A stretch of DNA of 64,000 nt from Torpedo marmorata. Lineage: Eukaryota. Position numbers and translations under genes: made by a program. Location of the stretch: the NCBI GenBank assembly GCA_977017645.1, contig OZ360229.1:51150001-51214000 (forward strand), read 5' to 3'. This document shows positions 13,262 through 26,582 of the stretch, in pieces (position 1 is the first letter of the stretch; the number at the start of each line of letters is the position of its first letter). A model generated the notes under the pieces. It was given only the letters and a program-made list of their open reading frames with translations, had not been told where the DNA came from and ran no database searches.

Positions 13262-15215
13262 TTCCAAGCTTAAGCTTGTTTATTTGTCACAAAATACAAC
13301 TACATTGAGAAAGGATCCTCTGCAAACAGACCGACAGGTTATTGCTAACATTCATACAGCCATGTAAAGAGCACAATTTACATACTATAGGATTACAGTG
13401 AAAAAGAAGATCAATTAGCACCAAACAAGAACATTGTTATTGGGTTTATTCGGGATCCCGATGGCCATGGGGATGAAACTATCTTTAAGCCTGTTGATGT
13501 GTGCTTTCACATTCTTGAGCCTTCTCCCCAATGGGAGGAGGGAGAAGAGAGTGTGACAAGGAGGTGATGGGTTTTTCAGTATGTTGGCTGCCTTTCCTAG
13601 ACAGTGGAGATGTAGATGGAGTCCATGGAGGGGAGGGAAGTTTGCATAAGGCTCACCACCTTCACCAGCTTCTGCCAATCTTGAGCAGAGCAGCTCTCAT
13701 ACCATATTGTGATACATATAATGAATTTACTTTTGATGGTGACCCTGTAGAAATTGTTGGGGGGTGGGGGGCATGACAGACTTCTAAGTAAGTGGAGACA
13801 TTGGTGTGCTTTCATACTGTCATGCCAACGTGCTTGTCACAGGTCAAGTCATTGGAGATATTTATTCCTAAGAACTTGAAACTATCTGCTCTTTTGACTT
13901 CAGTGCCATTAATGTGAACTGGGGTGTGGACTCTGCCCCTTTCCTGACGTCAATGATTATCCCCTTCATTTTACTGATGTTGAGAGAGAGGTTGGTACCT
14001 TGGTGCCACACCACAAGACTTTCATTCTCTTTCCTGTATTCTAATTCATCATTATTGATAACTTAACTTCTCTGGTGTCATCAGCAAATTTGAAGATGGA
14101 GTTGGAACAGTATTTAGCTGTACAGTTGTAGGTGTAGAGGGACTGAGTTCACATCCTTGAGGAGCACTGGTGCTGAGTGTGATTGTGGAGGAGGTGTTGT
14201 TACCCATTGTTGTGTGGGAAGGAAAACATTTGGTGGGTTCAAAGAGCAACGAGTCTGGACACAGGCTGAACACAGGAAGGATCTTTATTAAAACACACAT
14301 GGTGATTGCAACAGGGATAACACACACTAGTACTCTCAATCACAAAACACAGTACAATCAGTCACATCGGACTTAACCCTACTGATACTAGCAATTGCTT
14401 ACACTCATACAAACACAGTACAACTCAGTCACATCGGACTTAATACTACTGATACTAGCAACTGTGTATAGACTTATAACAACTAAGGGTTACAATGCAC
14501 TACCCGCCGTTCCTTGTGGGCATGGCTCCAATGCTATCCAACAGCCCTGATCCCTGTGTAGTGCACACCTTACCAACGATTCCTCCAGCGTTGCCCACAG
14601 TTCGCGACCTGGAGTGGAGCATGGTTCATCTCAGGACCGAAGAGCAAAGAGCAAGAGGTACTGCACGTGGTGGACTTTATAGTACAGTAAGCTGGAGGGT
14701 CCACCCAGATGATCTCTAGGTGATTAAAGGGGCCAATGGTCAGGTGTGCACCAATGGGTGGGCAGAGTCCAACCCTGATTGGCAGGTGATGCAACTTCTG
14801 ACTAGGTTCCAGACGGAGAGGTCATGTGACCTCCACAATCCACACTCCCACCAGGTTACAGACAGAGAGATCACATGACTCTACACTACACCCATCTTCA
14901 CTGATTGTTCAAGGATCAATTGCAGAGGAGGGTGCTGAAGCCAAGATCCTGAAGTTTGGGAATGAGTTTGGTGAGGACTATGGTATTGAAGGTGGAGCTG
15001 TAGTCTATGAACAGTAGTCTAACATGTGTCCTTGGCATCCAGGTATTCTAGGGGTGAGTAGAGAGCTAGGGAAGTGGTGTGTGCCATGGATCTGCTTAGC
15101 TGGTAGGCAAATTGAAATTGGTCAAGGTTGGCTGGTAGGCTAAAGTTGATGCGTCAAGACCAAGTCTCTCAAGGCGCTTAATGATGGTGGATGTCAAAGC
15201 CACTGGTCAGTCATT
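13262..15215 (-). mobile_element. Degenerate Rex1/Babar-type LINE, split by a solo LTR
   Basis: Minus-strand remnants [39 protein letters not shown], homologous to the Rex1 at 36253-40912; ends approximate. Confidence 0.8.
14208..14890 (-). mobile_element. Solo LTR (683 bp)
   Basis: TG...CA termini (tgttgtgt...acactaca); 5-bp TSD cccat at 14203-14207 and 14891-14895; AATAAA on minus strand near 14283; internal ~55-bp duplication. Confidence 0.85.
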
Positions 15216-15653
15216 ATTTTTGTGCTCCATTTAGTGCTCACGCTGTAATCTCTCCTACACTGATGAAACTAAACACCTACTTGGTGACAACATCACAGAA
15301 TACCTCTATTTAGTCCAACAGGGAAATACCTGAACTTTAATTCTTCACCTCACTCCTACTTTATCATCTCTATATTATACTATTCTAAGGATGCCCATTG
15401 TTATTTCAAAATCCATGTTAACTTTCAGTACTTAACATTACATTTCACAAGTGAAAACTGAAAATGCTGGAAATGTATCCGCAGGTCAGGCCACATCTGC
15501 TTTAGGTGTACAAATTAAAAACTTGTTCTGTTTTTATTTAGATTTCTAGCATCATCAATTGTATTGATTTTCTCCCATGCTCTGAATTTAAAATCACTTC
15601 CCATACTTCATCTTATATTTACAGCATTCAGATTTTTTCTTTCTATCTCAGGT

Positions 15654-15811
15654 ATACACAGAACTACACATGAGCGCACGCACACATACAGGCACACAGA
15701 CACACACGCATGCACACACAGGCTCACACACACAGGCACACACACACGCACCTGTGCACATATGTGTGTATGCACACACTTACACACACACACAGTTTCT
15801 CTCTCTCTCTC
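15654..15811. repeat. Imperfect (CA)n/(CT)n microsatellite
   Basis: Directly visible. Confidence 0.9.
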
Positions 15812-15900
15812 AATATTCCAAATTTCATTTCCCTTCTCCCATTTACACCTTCTACAGACAGACATTTTGTTAGTGTATTTGTTAGCCTTTCTCACCGTTG

Positions 15901-16273
15901 TTTTTTTAAAAAAATATTTTATTTTTCATTTTCAGAAATTTTCACAAAACATTAATAAACAATCACGAATACTGTATACACAAATTTCAAACGTATGAAG
16001 TACAGAATACATTTCACCCCTTAACCCTCCCTTCCCCACCCAAAAAGAATAAAACTGAGACAAAAGAGAAAGAAAAAGAAAAGAAAACTAAACGTGCTGT
16101 TAGCGCTTACAACTTTTGTCCAGATATTTGGGGATGCCACACCCTTAAAATAATTATACCATACCTCAGGGGTTTGATTACAACTGAGCACCAATGTGCT
16201 CCAAGTATGGTTGCCACACTTTAACAAAGTTATCATACTTATTTCTAAGACTATATGTAATTTTTCCCATGGG
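15901..16273 (-). mobile_element. Short 5'-truncated L1 3' end
   Basis: TSD gcctttctcacc(g/a)ttg at 15885-15900 and 16274-16289; A-rich tail; encodes EKITYSLRNKY-like ORF2 end. Confidence 0.85.
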
Positions 16274-16532
16274 GCCTTTCTCACCATTGTTCATCCAGCA
16301 GCAGCACCTCTCTTTTATTCACTTTGAAAGTCTAAGCCCCATCATAGATCTTCCCTTGATGTGTATTTGCTATGGAAGCATGCGAGTCTTTCACCTCACT
16401 CTCAATTTTGTAAAGTTAAGTTACAACATAAAGCAGAGCGTGGCTTTAGAAAAAGGCAATGCTGCCATCAAATTGACATTGTGCACCAATTGACATCATA
16501 ATTTGACTGAGCACAGGTCATAGGTGTAAGAT

Positions 16533-16646
16533 AAAGGGGAAGAGGATGAGGAGTGACATGTGGAAAGGCATTTTTATGTAGCGTGTGACAAAAGGGGAAG
16601 AGAATGAGGAGTGACATGTGGAAAGGCATTTTTATGTAGCGTGTGA
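16533..16646. repeat. 58-bp tandem duplication at the start of a CR1 remnant (remnant runs to ~16850)
   Basis: aaaggggaagag(g/a)atgaggagtgacatgtggaaaggcatttttatgtagcgtgtga at 16533 and 16591. Confidence 0.85.
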
Positions 16647-18009
16647 TTGGAATCTGCAATGCACTACCTACAGATGTGGGAGAGGCAGATTCTATGTGGC
16701 CTTCCAAAGGAAATTGAATAAAGATATGTAGGGCTATGGAAAAGGAGTCGGAGGGTGAAACTGGAGATTGGCAGGTGTAGAGAGCTGGCTTGAATATGAT
16801 TTGGTCAAGCACCTCTTTCGGTGCTGTAACCTTATATTAATCTTTGATTCTATAAACTTGTGATTTGTATCAGGCATCCATCATTCATGTGTGCACACAC
16901 TTTTGCCAAGATGGAGTACTCCCTCGTCCTTTGAGAAGTGTGCCTGGGCATCTGTACAACGCCACAGTTGCTTAATGGCAGAGGCCATATAAAAACATTT
17001 TTTTTTCCTTTTGTATGCTGGAAATAGAGATTAAATGTTCTCTAGAAGGCATTAGTTCCTCCAGAAGAGAAATAAAATATGTAAAAAAGGAAATGTACTT
17101 ACTACAGAATTAGCTCCATTTTGGCCATGCAGTGATTGTAACATCTAAGTGAAGAATAGGCTTGGCATTCCCAAGAGTTCAAGAACCATATTTCTAACAA
17201 ACATGCAGTAGCACAGAGGAAAAGAGATTATAACAGTGTAAATGTTGGAAAGAAAACCTTAATTAGCCTGCAAATTGTTCACCACTAACCATTGGAGGGC
17301 TTTAATTATTTTGCCTCAGTGAAAATGCCACATTCTGTAATTTATACTTTTTAAATCTATTTCACAAGCAACCACTGTAGTTGATTTAATTCACATGAAT
17401 ATGTATCTTTGTTAAACTTCTTTCCAAATAGTCAAAGGGCAAAAGCGAAGTTTTTTGGTGAAATTTGGTGCATTCTGTTTCGAATTAAACTTTACTTTAA
17501 GTTAATGAATTGCAGCTGGTTTGTATTCTCAAATGTTCCTGCTGGTATTCAGTACAAACATGTATGGTGAAAAGAATAATTAGCTATAGTTTATCATCCA
17601 CCTGATAAATCCCAATGATAAAACTTTACATTTCACCCACAATTGCTGGCAGGGTGTTCTACTTTTCTGATATGGTCATGTCAAGCTCATTAAAAAAAAA
17701 GACTAATTGTAAACAAAATATACTAGTAGCGTTTTAAGTGGTCTCCTTGAAGTTTTCTCCATTTCAAAATATTCATTTAGCAGCTGCCTTCTTTATCATG
17801 GGATTCTGTAAAGCTGTACATCAGAGCTGCGAGATTACTTTAACATAATGATGTCAGAAAGATGGATCTTAACCTCCACAGATCCAAAGGATTTTTTTTT
17901 CCATCCCATATCATTTTTTTTTCCACTGGATACTTCCCCCTTCCCAATATCAACCCCCATCATTCCCTTGGGCCAACACTAGTTGAAGTGGCTATTCAGT
18001 AGGATCAGG

Positions 18010-19155
18010 TCTCCCACAACTACCTTGACTACACTTCCTCACACCCTGTCCCCTGCAAGGATTCTATCCCCTTCTCTCAATTTCTCCATCTCCACCAGAT
18101 CCATTCCCAAGTTGAGGTCTTCCAGTCCAGATCTTCTGAAATGTCTGCCTTCTTCCACAAACGTGGCTTCCCCTCCACCACCATCAACTCAGCCCTCACC
18201 TGCATCTCCTCCATTTCCCGCTCATCTTCCCTGGCCCCCCCTGCCCCCAGATGCAACAAACATAGAATCCCCCTTATCCTCACCTACCACCCCATTATCC
18301 TCTGGAATTTCAGGAACTTACAACAGGATCCCACTACCAGACACATCTTCCCCTCTCCTCCCCTCTCTGCCTTCCGTAGGGACCGCTCCCTCTGTGACTC
18401 CCTCATGCACTCATTCCTCCCCACCAATCCCCGCCCCCCCCCCCCGGCACCTTCCCCTGTGGCCGCAGGAGGTGCCACACTTGCGCCCACACCTTCTCCC
18501 TCACCACGGTCTGGGGCCCCAAACAGACCTTTCAAGTGAAGCAACACTTCACTTGTGTATTCGCAGGACTGATTTACTGCATCCGGTGATCCTTTTGTGG
18601 CCTCTCTACATTGGAGAGACTGGGCACAGATTGGGAGATCGCTTCGCTGAGCACCTTCGTTCCGTCCGCACCAGTGACAGAGAACTCCCAGTAGCCAACC
18701 ATCTCAGTTCTGTGTCACACTCTGATACTCACATATCTGTCCATGGCCTTATGTGCTATCCCACCAAGACCACCCGCAAATTGGTGGAACAACACCTGAT
18801 TTTCCGTCTGGACACTCTCCAGCCAGATGACATTAACATCGACTTTTCTGGTTTCTGCTAATCTGCTCTCCTCTTCCCTTCCCCTTCCCAGTTCTCCTCC
18901 CTCCCTTCCCCTTCTATTCACCAAGCCATCCCTCCTCCCCTTGATCGCTGCTGTCCCCTCCCTCCCTTCTCCACCTATCACCTCCAGCCTTTGCAACCAC
19001 ACCTCCCCCCCTACTCTTTTGTTCGGACGCCTGCCGACATTTTTCCATACCTTGATAAAGGGCTCTAGCCTGAAACGTCGGTTATGTATTTTAACCTTTG
19101 CGATATAAAGGACACTGCTTGACCTGCTGAGTTTCTCCAGCTTTGTGTTTTTACC
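18010..19155 (+). mobile_element. Penelope-like element, 3' part (RT thumb, GIY-YIG endonuclease, terminal region)
   Basis: YLDYTSSHP..KDSIPFSQFL, IPLILTYHP, LYIGETGHRLGDRFAEHLRSV, PVANH; terminal ttgataaagggc...gaaacgtcgg...gacctgctgagtttctccagc. Confidence 0.9.
19046..19090 (+). ncRNA. Minimal type I hammerhead-ribozyme-like motif (Penelope)
   Basis: atacc-TTGATAA-a-gggc(tcta)gcct-GAAA-cGTC-ggttat; core and stems read by eye. Confidence 0.55.
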
Positions 19156-20320
19156 TCATGTTCCTAAACTTTGCTTGTTATTAAAAGGCTTCCAGATGTT
19201 ACTGTTCAGTGGGAAGTATGCCAGATCTTTTTGATATCTCACATAGCATATGTTATGTTCCTTGGATGCAAATCCAGTGCTCATTATATTTAATGGTTCA
19301 AATTGACCACACTGTAAAAGCAGGTATGAAATCTGGGTCAAATTTTCAAACTTTGTCCTGAGTTTCATGCTGAAATATTCAATCTGTCTCATGGGATATT
19401 TTTCATGTAATTTTAAATTAGGTCAGTAGTTTACCAGAAGACTTGGATAGTTCAATGTTGCCCTGATAAAGTGAGCAGCAGCTGAACCAGACCCAAGAAA
19501 GCTAACCTTGTTTTGTTTGATGTGCTCAATCGATTGGACTTTTAAATCTGGCCATACAGTGGATCCTTACTCACTCAGATCTTGGCTATCACATCTTGCA
19601 CACTAACACCAGTCCAAAACAACATTCACAGTAAAAATTCACGTTGACTTTGAAATGTTGGAATGTGTTGATTTTCAGTTTTACAATTGTGACCATACAT
19701 CAAAGGTATTCCATTGGCTGATAAGTATTATGGATCATTTTAAGTTTGGAATGTTCCATAGATGTACAAGACCCTTTTTTTTTCCTTCTTTATTTTCTTC
19801 TTTGTTTCCCTTTCCTTTCAATTTCTTCCATTATTTCATCTCCTTCGTACTTATTTCCTCTTACTACTTTCTCACCTTGCTTTGTCCTTTATTTTTCTTC
19901 CATCAAGGATGGATAATTGAGATCAGTAACTAACAGTCTGATGCAACAGATTCATGATTACATTCAGGTTCACTTCCATGGGATAAGCATATTATTTTCA
20001 AATTGAAGCATCTTTTGCATGAATAAATAAATCTTTAACTCCAAACAAAAGCCTGTCATATCACCTTTGTTACTTTCAGCAGAATTATCTGTCAAGTTAT
20101 TTTTATATGTTGAGATGAAGAAATGTAATTCTGAGATCTAAAATCATATTTTAAACCAAATGTTTTTTTTCACTAAAAATAACATTCATCTGAAAATTGG
20201 GATTGCAGTACTTGAACTGGAAGGAGGATTTTTCAAAAGTACAGTTCATTTCCTTTGTGTGCCATGCTCAATTATTCTCTACATACTTCTTTACATGCTT
20301 CAAGGATCATACAAAGAAGT

Positions 20321-20503
20321 AAACACGAAAATCTGTAGACACCGTAATAATGTAGTAAAAAACACAAAAGCTGGAGAACTCAGCAGGTCAAACAGTGTCT
20401 TTTATGCAGCAAAGGTAGAAATACATAACCGACGTTTCGGGCTTGAGCCCTTCATCAAAGTATGAGAAGATGTAGCAAAGGTAGAAATACATAACCGACG
20501 TTT
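20321..20503 (-). mobile_element. Isolated Penelope terminal repeat with partial tandem duplication
   Basis: Reverse complement of the 19040-19155 terminus; gcaaaggtagaaatacataaccgacgttt repeated at 20409 and 20475. Confidence 0.8.
20421..20463 (-). ncRNA. Minimal hammerhead-ribozyme-like motif (best-preserved copy)
   Basis: Minus strand: atact-TTGATGA-a-GGGC-tcaa-GCCC-GAAA-cGTC-ggttat; perfect stem II; palindromic ACGT at stem III. Confidence 0.65.
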
Positions 20504-21844
20504 AAGTTAGTGTTCCTGGTCCTAAAGGCCACAAGATTAATGCACTGATTGTCACTGATTCAAAATCAATGGTCATTTAATTACAATAGGACTTGGGGAG
20601 GGTGGGGGGTAAGGTGATTGAACAAAAAAAAACGGATATTTAATTAATGAGGTTTAGATAAAATGAGATGTGATCTCATTGAAGGGACTTGGCAAGGTGG
20701 ATGCTGTACAGATATGTCCTGCTGGTGAGGAATTTAGAACTCATGTGTGCAATCTCAGTTTATGAGGTAAGACACTTAAAAATTATAACAGTAATAGAAT
20801 GCAGCTTATGCAAGCAATAAACCACCCACACTTTGCAGATCTACAGTATTAATTTGTCAATGAAAGTCATCCCATATTTTTGGGACATTGATTATAATTC
20901 AGTTAGATTTAGTAATGTTATGGAAAATATCAAAGATAGACCAAGGAGTGAAAGTTGTTAGTTAAGGACAAGCCAAGATATCTTGGCTGAGATATGATTG
21001 ATGAGTAGCAGGCCCTGGAAGTAAATCTGTAACAGACACTTGGTGATATTCAGAGAATTTAGTGAGGGTTCATAGCCAATACATTCCAACAGATATAAAG
21101 GAAGGGACTTCCATACGCTTGATTTTATTGAACATACAAAGCAGAATAAGGAAAAATAGATATCTTAGTCAGAAATGAGAGTTTACGGCTGCACCCGATC
21201 AAAGAGAGGTCAGGAAAAGATGTTGACAAGAAAAGCAAGTAAAATCCTACAGTGAGAGAAGATATTAAGGGAGGAGCAGGCCTTAATGGTAAATAAAGGT
21301 TAATTTAGTGTATTTATGTATATGATGATAAAGGAAGGTGAGGTGAGGGCAATTAGGATTACTATAAATGTTGGTTTTGTCAGCAACACCGCTGCCCTGA
21401 AAGTCAAAATGAAAATAAAATCAAGCAAGAAAACCTACTCACCATAACATTCAGTCCTTTGCTGCTCAGTCTTACAACCAGACAGTTGGTGAATGGATTC
21501 CAAATGGTAAGCAACATGCACTTTGATTCACGTCAGCTGCCAAAAATTAGTACAAGCAACAGAAATATGCTGAATGGACAAAATGGGTTGTCAAATTAGC
21601 ATGAAATGCTAATTTAGAATAGGTGTCACTTAATTGGAGTGCAGAGTTCCAGTTTAGCCCTTCTTTGGCCTTGTTAAACTAAACATATGTTCAGCAGCAG
21701 GAGGGAGTCCCAGGAAGGTTTATATAAGGGGATTATCAACTATATACAGGTTAATTGTTAATGGTACTTCCAAAGTCTGCATCATATTGAAACTTGTAGT
21801 AACTGTTTGGTCCCAGAGGCCAACATTACACATTGTACAAACAT

Positions 21845-22180
21845 AGAACCTATATATTAGGAGCAAGAATGAGCCCCTCAACCCCTTAAGTCTGTTCTGC
21901 TGTTTAATGAGATCATGGCTAATTGGATTGTAATCTCATCTCTGAAATACTGGTGACCTTCCACACTTTTCTTATCAAGGACCTCGCTACCTCTATTTTC
22001 ACTTCCATTTCCTTTTGAGGAAGAAAGTTCCAAATACTCACATCCTCCTGGAATAAGTTCACTCATCTCTGTCTGAAATGGGTGACATATTTTTAAACAT
22101 TGTTCCTTAGTTTTAGACGTTCCTTACAGGGAGAAGCATCCTCTCCACATGAACCCTGTCAAGGCCATTCAAGATCTTAC
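21845..22180 (-). mobile_element. CR1-type LINE 3' remnant
   Basis: Minus-strand KILNGLDRVHVERM; CR1-like 3' UTR. Confidence 0.6.
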
Positions 22181-22194
22181 ACGTTCCAAGACAC

Positions 22195-22405
22195 ACAACC
22201 CTATTACAGTGGCAGCGACACAGGTTCAAATCTGCTGCTGTCTGTAAGGAGTTTAAGTTCTCCCCATGACCTACGTGGGTTGCCTCCGGGTGCTCTGGTT
22301 TTCTCCCTCCCCCCAAAATCTCATGGGGTTTGTAGGTTCATTGGTGTATTTGGGCAGCACAGGCTCATCGGCTGGAAGGGCCTGTTACCATGCTGTATCT
22401 CTAAA
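22195..22405 (+). mobile_element. tRNA-derived V-domain SINE
   Basis: B-box-like ggttcaaatc; V-core cgtgggttgcctccgggtgctctggttttctccc; 3' tail shared with CR1. Confidence 0.75.
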
Positions 22406-23328
22406 AAATACGAGTATAATTCATTTTCTCTTCCCAAGGATAGCCGATGGAGCAAATGTGCATTTTTGTGAGGACAGGAAGCTACATGCTGTTGGCTGCA
22501 CACGTGTCACTATGAGGGACTAACATGCTAATTCAGATCAGAACTGTTTTCCAAATGCATTCCCTTCCCTCCAGCTGCTGTGTAACAATGCAGAGTGAAT
22601 TAAGAAGTAGGTTTCCCAGGGCACTTTCATGTTGACTTCATCTTCATTAATCCACTATGCCATCTGCAATTGAATGACCATGATAAAATGAAGGGTGACT
22701 GGTTGGCCACAAGGGCAACCTGATGCCATTGAATCACCCACTCATATGTGAGCAAAGTGCCTACAATGAACACCATGTTGTCAAATGAAGTGAAACAGAG
22801 TGAGTCTTGCATGATTTTGCTACTTGAAGGAATAATGCAGTACTTGTAGGAATTTGTCTCAAAATGCATGACAGTTTGTTGCATGCTGCACAAAGTTTCT
22901 AACCCTCATCACAGGGAGTATTTACAGAGCAGGTTGAGCATGCACTGTTTAATTTTAGTTTCCCAGTATCTGAAGAATTTTACCTTTCAATTTATGTCCT
23001 CAAAGTCACATCTGATTTGCATATCAGGCACTTGTAAATCTTGCCAGCAATATATTATTCCCTACACAAGACATTCTCAGATACCTGTTATTAAATAATT
23101 ACCTATTTAGACCATGGTGTATTATTTATTCATGCTTACTCCAATTTCTTTCTTAAAATTGGTGAAAAATCATGATTAGGGTGTAAATTTACTAGTAAAA
23201 TTGGTGAATTAAAATCTGGAATTTAAAAATAAATTGTCATCAAAATGGTAGCCATTAAAAAAATTGGATTGTCATAAAACCCCATGAGGTTTGCTAACAT
23301 CCTTCAAAGAAGGAAATTTGCAATCGTT

Positions 23329-23940
23329 TATGGTTTTTACACATAACCGACGTTTTTTTTTCCATCGGCAATTTTCACACCTACCTTCCGGAGTGGCCAT
23401 TCACACAGAACGACCTCTGTACGGATATTGCCGCGTTTTTAGACTTAAGTACCTGAGGTGCGATACTTACGTAGCTGAACGTGGGTCGACGTCGCCCATG
23501 GCGTATAACCTACGTCCGACGCACAGCGTCACAGCATCGACGTCGTCAGTGACGTCATTCATCTGCGTCCAAAAAAGCCTCCAGACAGAAGAGCAAAATT
23601 GCTCGCGGATCTCCGCATCACTCCAATGATCCGACACCGACATCGTGGTCGTCTGCTGCTGGTAGTCTAATGTCTCCTTGCTGCACATTTAAAAATCCCA
23701 CGTTGCAGTGTCGCAAGCTGAACGCGTCATCATGTACATCGTATTCATTAGCCCATTGTTGTGGACCTCCTGCAGTTCAGTTCAGACTGCAGGCAGTCCG
23801 CAATTATGTCTAGGGCTGCCGCAGGAAAAAATTCGGAACGGGAATGAGTCACTCATTTCCGTTCCGAACATTTTACACAGCCGGCGTTGTGGGAATTTTG
23901 CAATAATTTCCCGTTACGCAGTGGCTGTGTAAAAACCATA
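23329..23940. mobile_element. Non-autonomous TIR element (MITE), probably PIF/Harbinger-derived
   Basis: Perfect 15-bp TIR tatggtttttacaca / tgtgtaaaaaccata; CpG-rich; minus-strand WSDAEIRE remnant resembles the start of a Myb/SANT-like domain. Confidence 0.7.
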
Positions 23941-25595
23941 GTTATCTCATTTAGCCTGTTTGTGCCTTCAGACTCATCAAACTGGTTGATTCTTCAATGC
24001 CTTTGTTTGTTCAAGGACAATCAGGGGCAGACAATAAATACTGGCATTGCCCGTGATGTCCACATCCCCTGAGTAAATAAAAAAGATTATGCTGTCAGTG
24101 CAAATATATGCTCCATTATTGATTAGATAGTAATCAATTTGAAAAGTCATGTCATACTTCTTGGCAATTTTCCATTGTTAGTCACAACTAGAAACAATGT
24201 TTAAATGTGGTGCTATTAAACTTACTTTTAGTTCATCATCCAATTTTATTAGGTTTATACTCAAAGGTTAAAAGGTTCCTTTTATTGTCACATAATTATA
24301 CTGACTGATTCTCAGAAAAGGACATGGTTGAGCATTGAATACAGTTGCACCACCATCAGTTTTCATTGTTGTTTTGAATAGTTTTTAAGACACAATCAAG
24401 ATCTTGGATTATATTCCAGTCGATATGTTTTTCCTTGCAGAACATTGCAATTCTAAGTTGCACAATGTATATTTAAATATATATTTAATATATACATTTA
24501 TTGTGACCTGATCTTCAAACCACAGCCAGTGATTGCCGAGAACAGCTGTTGACTCAGGCTAGAATTTATGCTGAAAGCTGAGGAACACCTGTTCAGACCA
24601 CAGACAGAACCATTTGGCCAATCTATGTACTCACCCACTTAAAAGACTTAAGCATCTCCATCTCCAAAGTCAAACTTCAGGTAAGTTACTTCCAGTGGTT
24701 ACAATGAGTTTAGCTGAAGACCAACTCTTGTATGACATTCCTGTCTATTTCAAGGACACCTGCTCACTCACCCCAATCAAAAAACCGACTTAACTCGCCT
24801 TCCCATGTACTCTCTTTCTCCACAAATTAATGAAGGGAAATGGAGGATTTGTTCATAAAAGTTTTTCCATAATCTCTGAATATCCTGGAATATCCTACAA
24901 TAAAGAATTTTGGTAATGCTTGTAATGTAAGAAACATAGTAGCCAATTTGTTCAGGGTAAGTACTCACGCAGATTTTGATAATGGCCAAATAGCATAAAA
25001 CACTCATTAATAACAGAGTTAAGTGAACATTATAACACTGGCCCTGCACCAGGTTACCCACCTGTTCCAGCAGAAGTCCACAAAACAAAGCCTTGTTGAA
25101 TTAAATTAACATGCAGCTTGCAAAGAACCGAACCTTCCCTTGGGGCCTTCTGAACCTTCATTAAACATTTTGAGAGTTTAAAGCATTTAAAACATCTTTG
25201 TTATTTTGAACAAAAGAGGATTGTTAACATTTTAAACTTGATCAAAGCTAACTTTCAACCATTGCTTCACACTGTTTCTCTGCACTTGATATTTAGAGAC
25301 TGGACCACAGACTCTTTCAGATTTCATGATAGATTATAAAATTTTGTTTTTTGAGATGAAGTCTGGCTCTGGGGTTGCTTTATTTTACAAGATGAGACAT
25401 TAATGTGGTTTGTTGATTTAAGAAATAAATACTTTTTTAAAATCAAAATTCCTTTGAGTTCCCAGCCTTGCTGGGAATAAAAATGTGACGAGGATTACAA
25501 ACATAAATTAAATACTTATGTACAAATTTCTTACATGAGACTTAATCTAAATTCAATTGGTGCAAAACTTTGTATGGCAAACCCTTCAAAGCTCA

Positions 25596-26450
25596 TGTTA
25601 TGGACCATGACTGACCATTTGGACTGCGGACGGTCAGCAGGAAGGATGAAGTCTTTTGGAGTATACTGGGGCCAGGTACTGAAAGAGTTAACTTCCCCAG
25701 GACTTGGTGTACCCAGACAGAGAGAGAGAGGGACAAGCTGTGGACAAGATACATTTGTTGCCCTTTTGCAAAAAGCAGGTGCAGATCTCTGCAGAAAAAG
25801 CAGACAGTTGTAAGTTGCAGAGGCTAGAGAACACAGCCAAATCCAGGTTTGTGCAGCCAGAGAAAAGACTGGCAGAATAGCACATGGCCTCCTGTCTCAG
25901 AGAAATTCTGAGGAAAAGCAACTTCTGTGGAGAACAGGCGTGAGATCAGCGAGACTAGCTGTGAGATTCAAGCACACGCCTAAATCAGTGGTATACTGAT
26001 CTGAACTCGCAATCCTTATGAACACACAAGAAGGGGACGTCATCAGAGAAGAAAACAAGTATTTGTAAGCATAAACAGTCATTGTCTCTCTCCAACGTTC
26101 ATTCAGAAGTACTTCTACCAGACACAGAGCTGAATTTGAAGCCTGAACTTAGAGAGTGAATTTTGTAGACTGTATTATTCTTTTTTTTGACTGACTTGTT
26201 TTTTATGACTGAACTGGGGTTTTTGGGGAAAGTTTTTCCATTTTTACATAAGGGTTGGGCACAGACTGTAATGGTCTGGGCTTTACACACACACACACAC
26301 CTTTTAGATAAGAATAGTGTTTATAGACGTTTATAGTGGGGTTAATTGTTGTGAAATTATATGTTTTATTGTGTTTAATAAATATAAATTTCAATTTTAC
26401 CCCTTTTGCATTGCGTCTTCTGTCGTTGCTGGTTTTATTTTTTAGTAACA
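25596..26450 (+). repeat. 5' LTR of copy A
   Basis: tgttatggacc...gtaaca; matches 30616-31530. Confidence 0.93.
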
Positions 26451-26453
26451 AAT

Positions 26454-26471
26454 TGGGGGCTCGTCCTAGGA
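26454..26471 (+). promoter_or_regulatory. Primer-binding site, tRNA-Pro
   Basis: tgggggctcgtcc; perfect TGGGGGCTCGTCCGGGAT in copies B (43772) and C (58025), the known tRNA-Pro PBS. Confidence 0.88.
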
Positions 26472-26582
26472 TTTGAATCAAAATCCATCTTGGTAATTGA
26501 AGGAATCCCAGTTTGGTTTAAGGCATTCCTTTTATAAAGCTAATTAAAAGCTAGTGTGTGTGTAACAAAAAAACCAGCAACA

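Noticed and set aside
15564-15998. His/Thr-rich and Cys/Val-rich ORFs
   Set aside because: Translations of a (CA)n microsatellite
21443-21536. Minus-strand exon with a strong donor
   Set aside because: Stops in all three frames from the best acceptor; no recognisable protein
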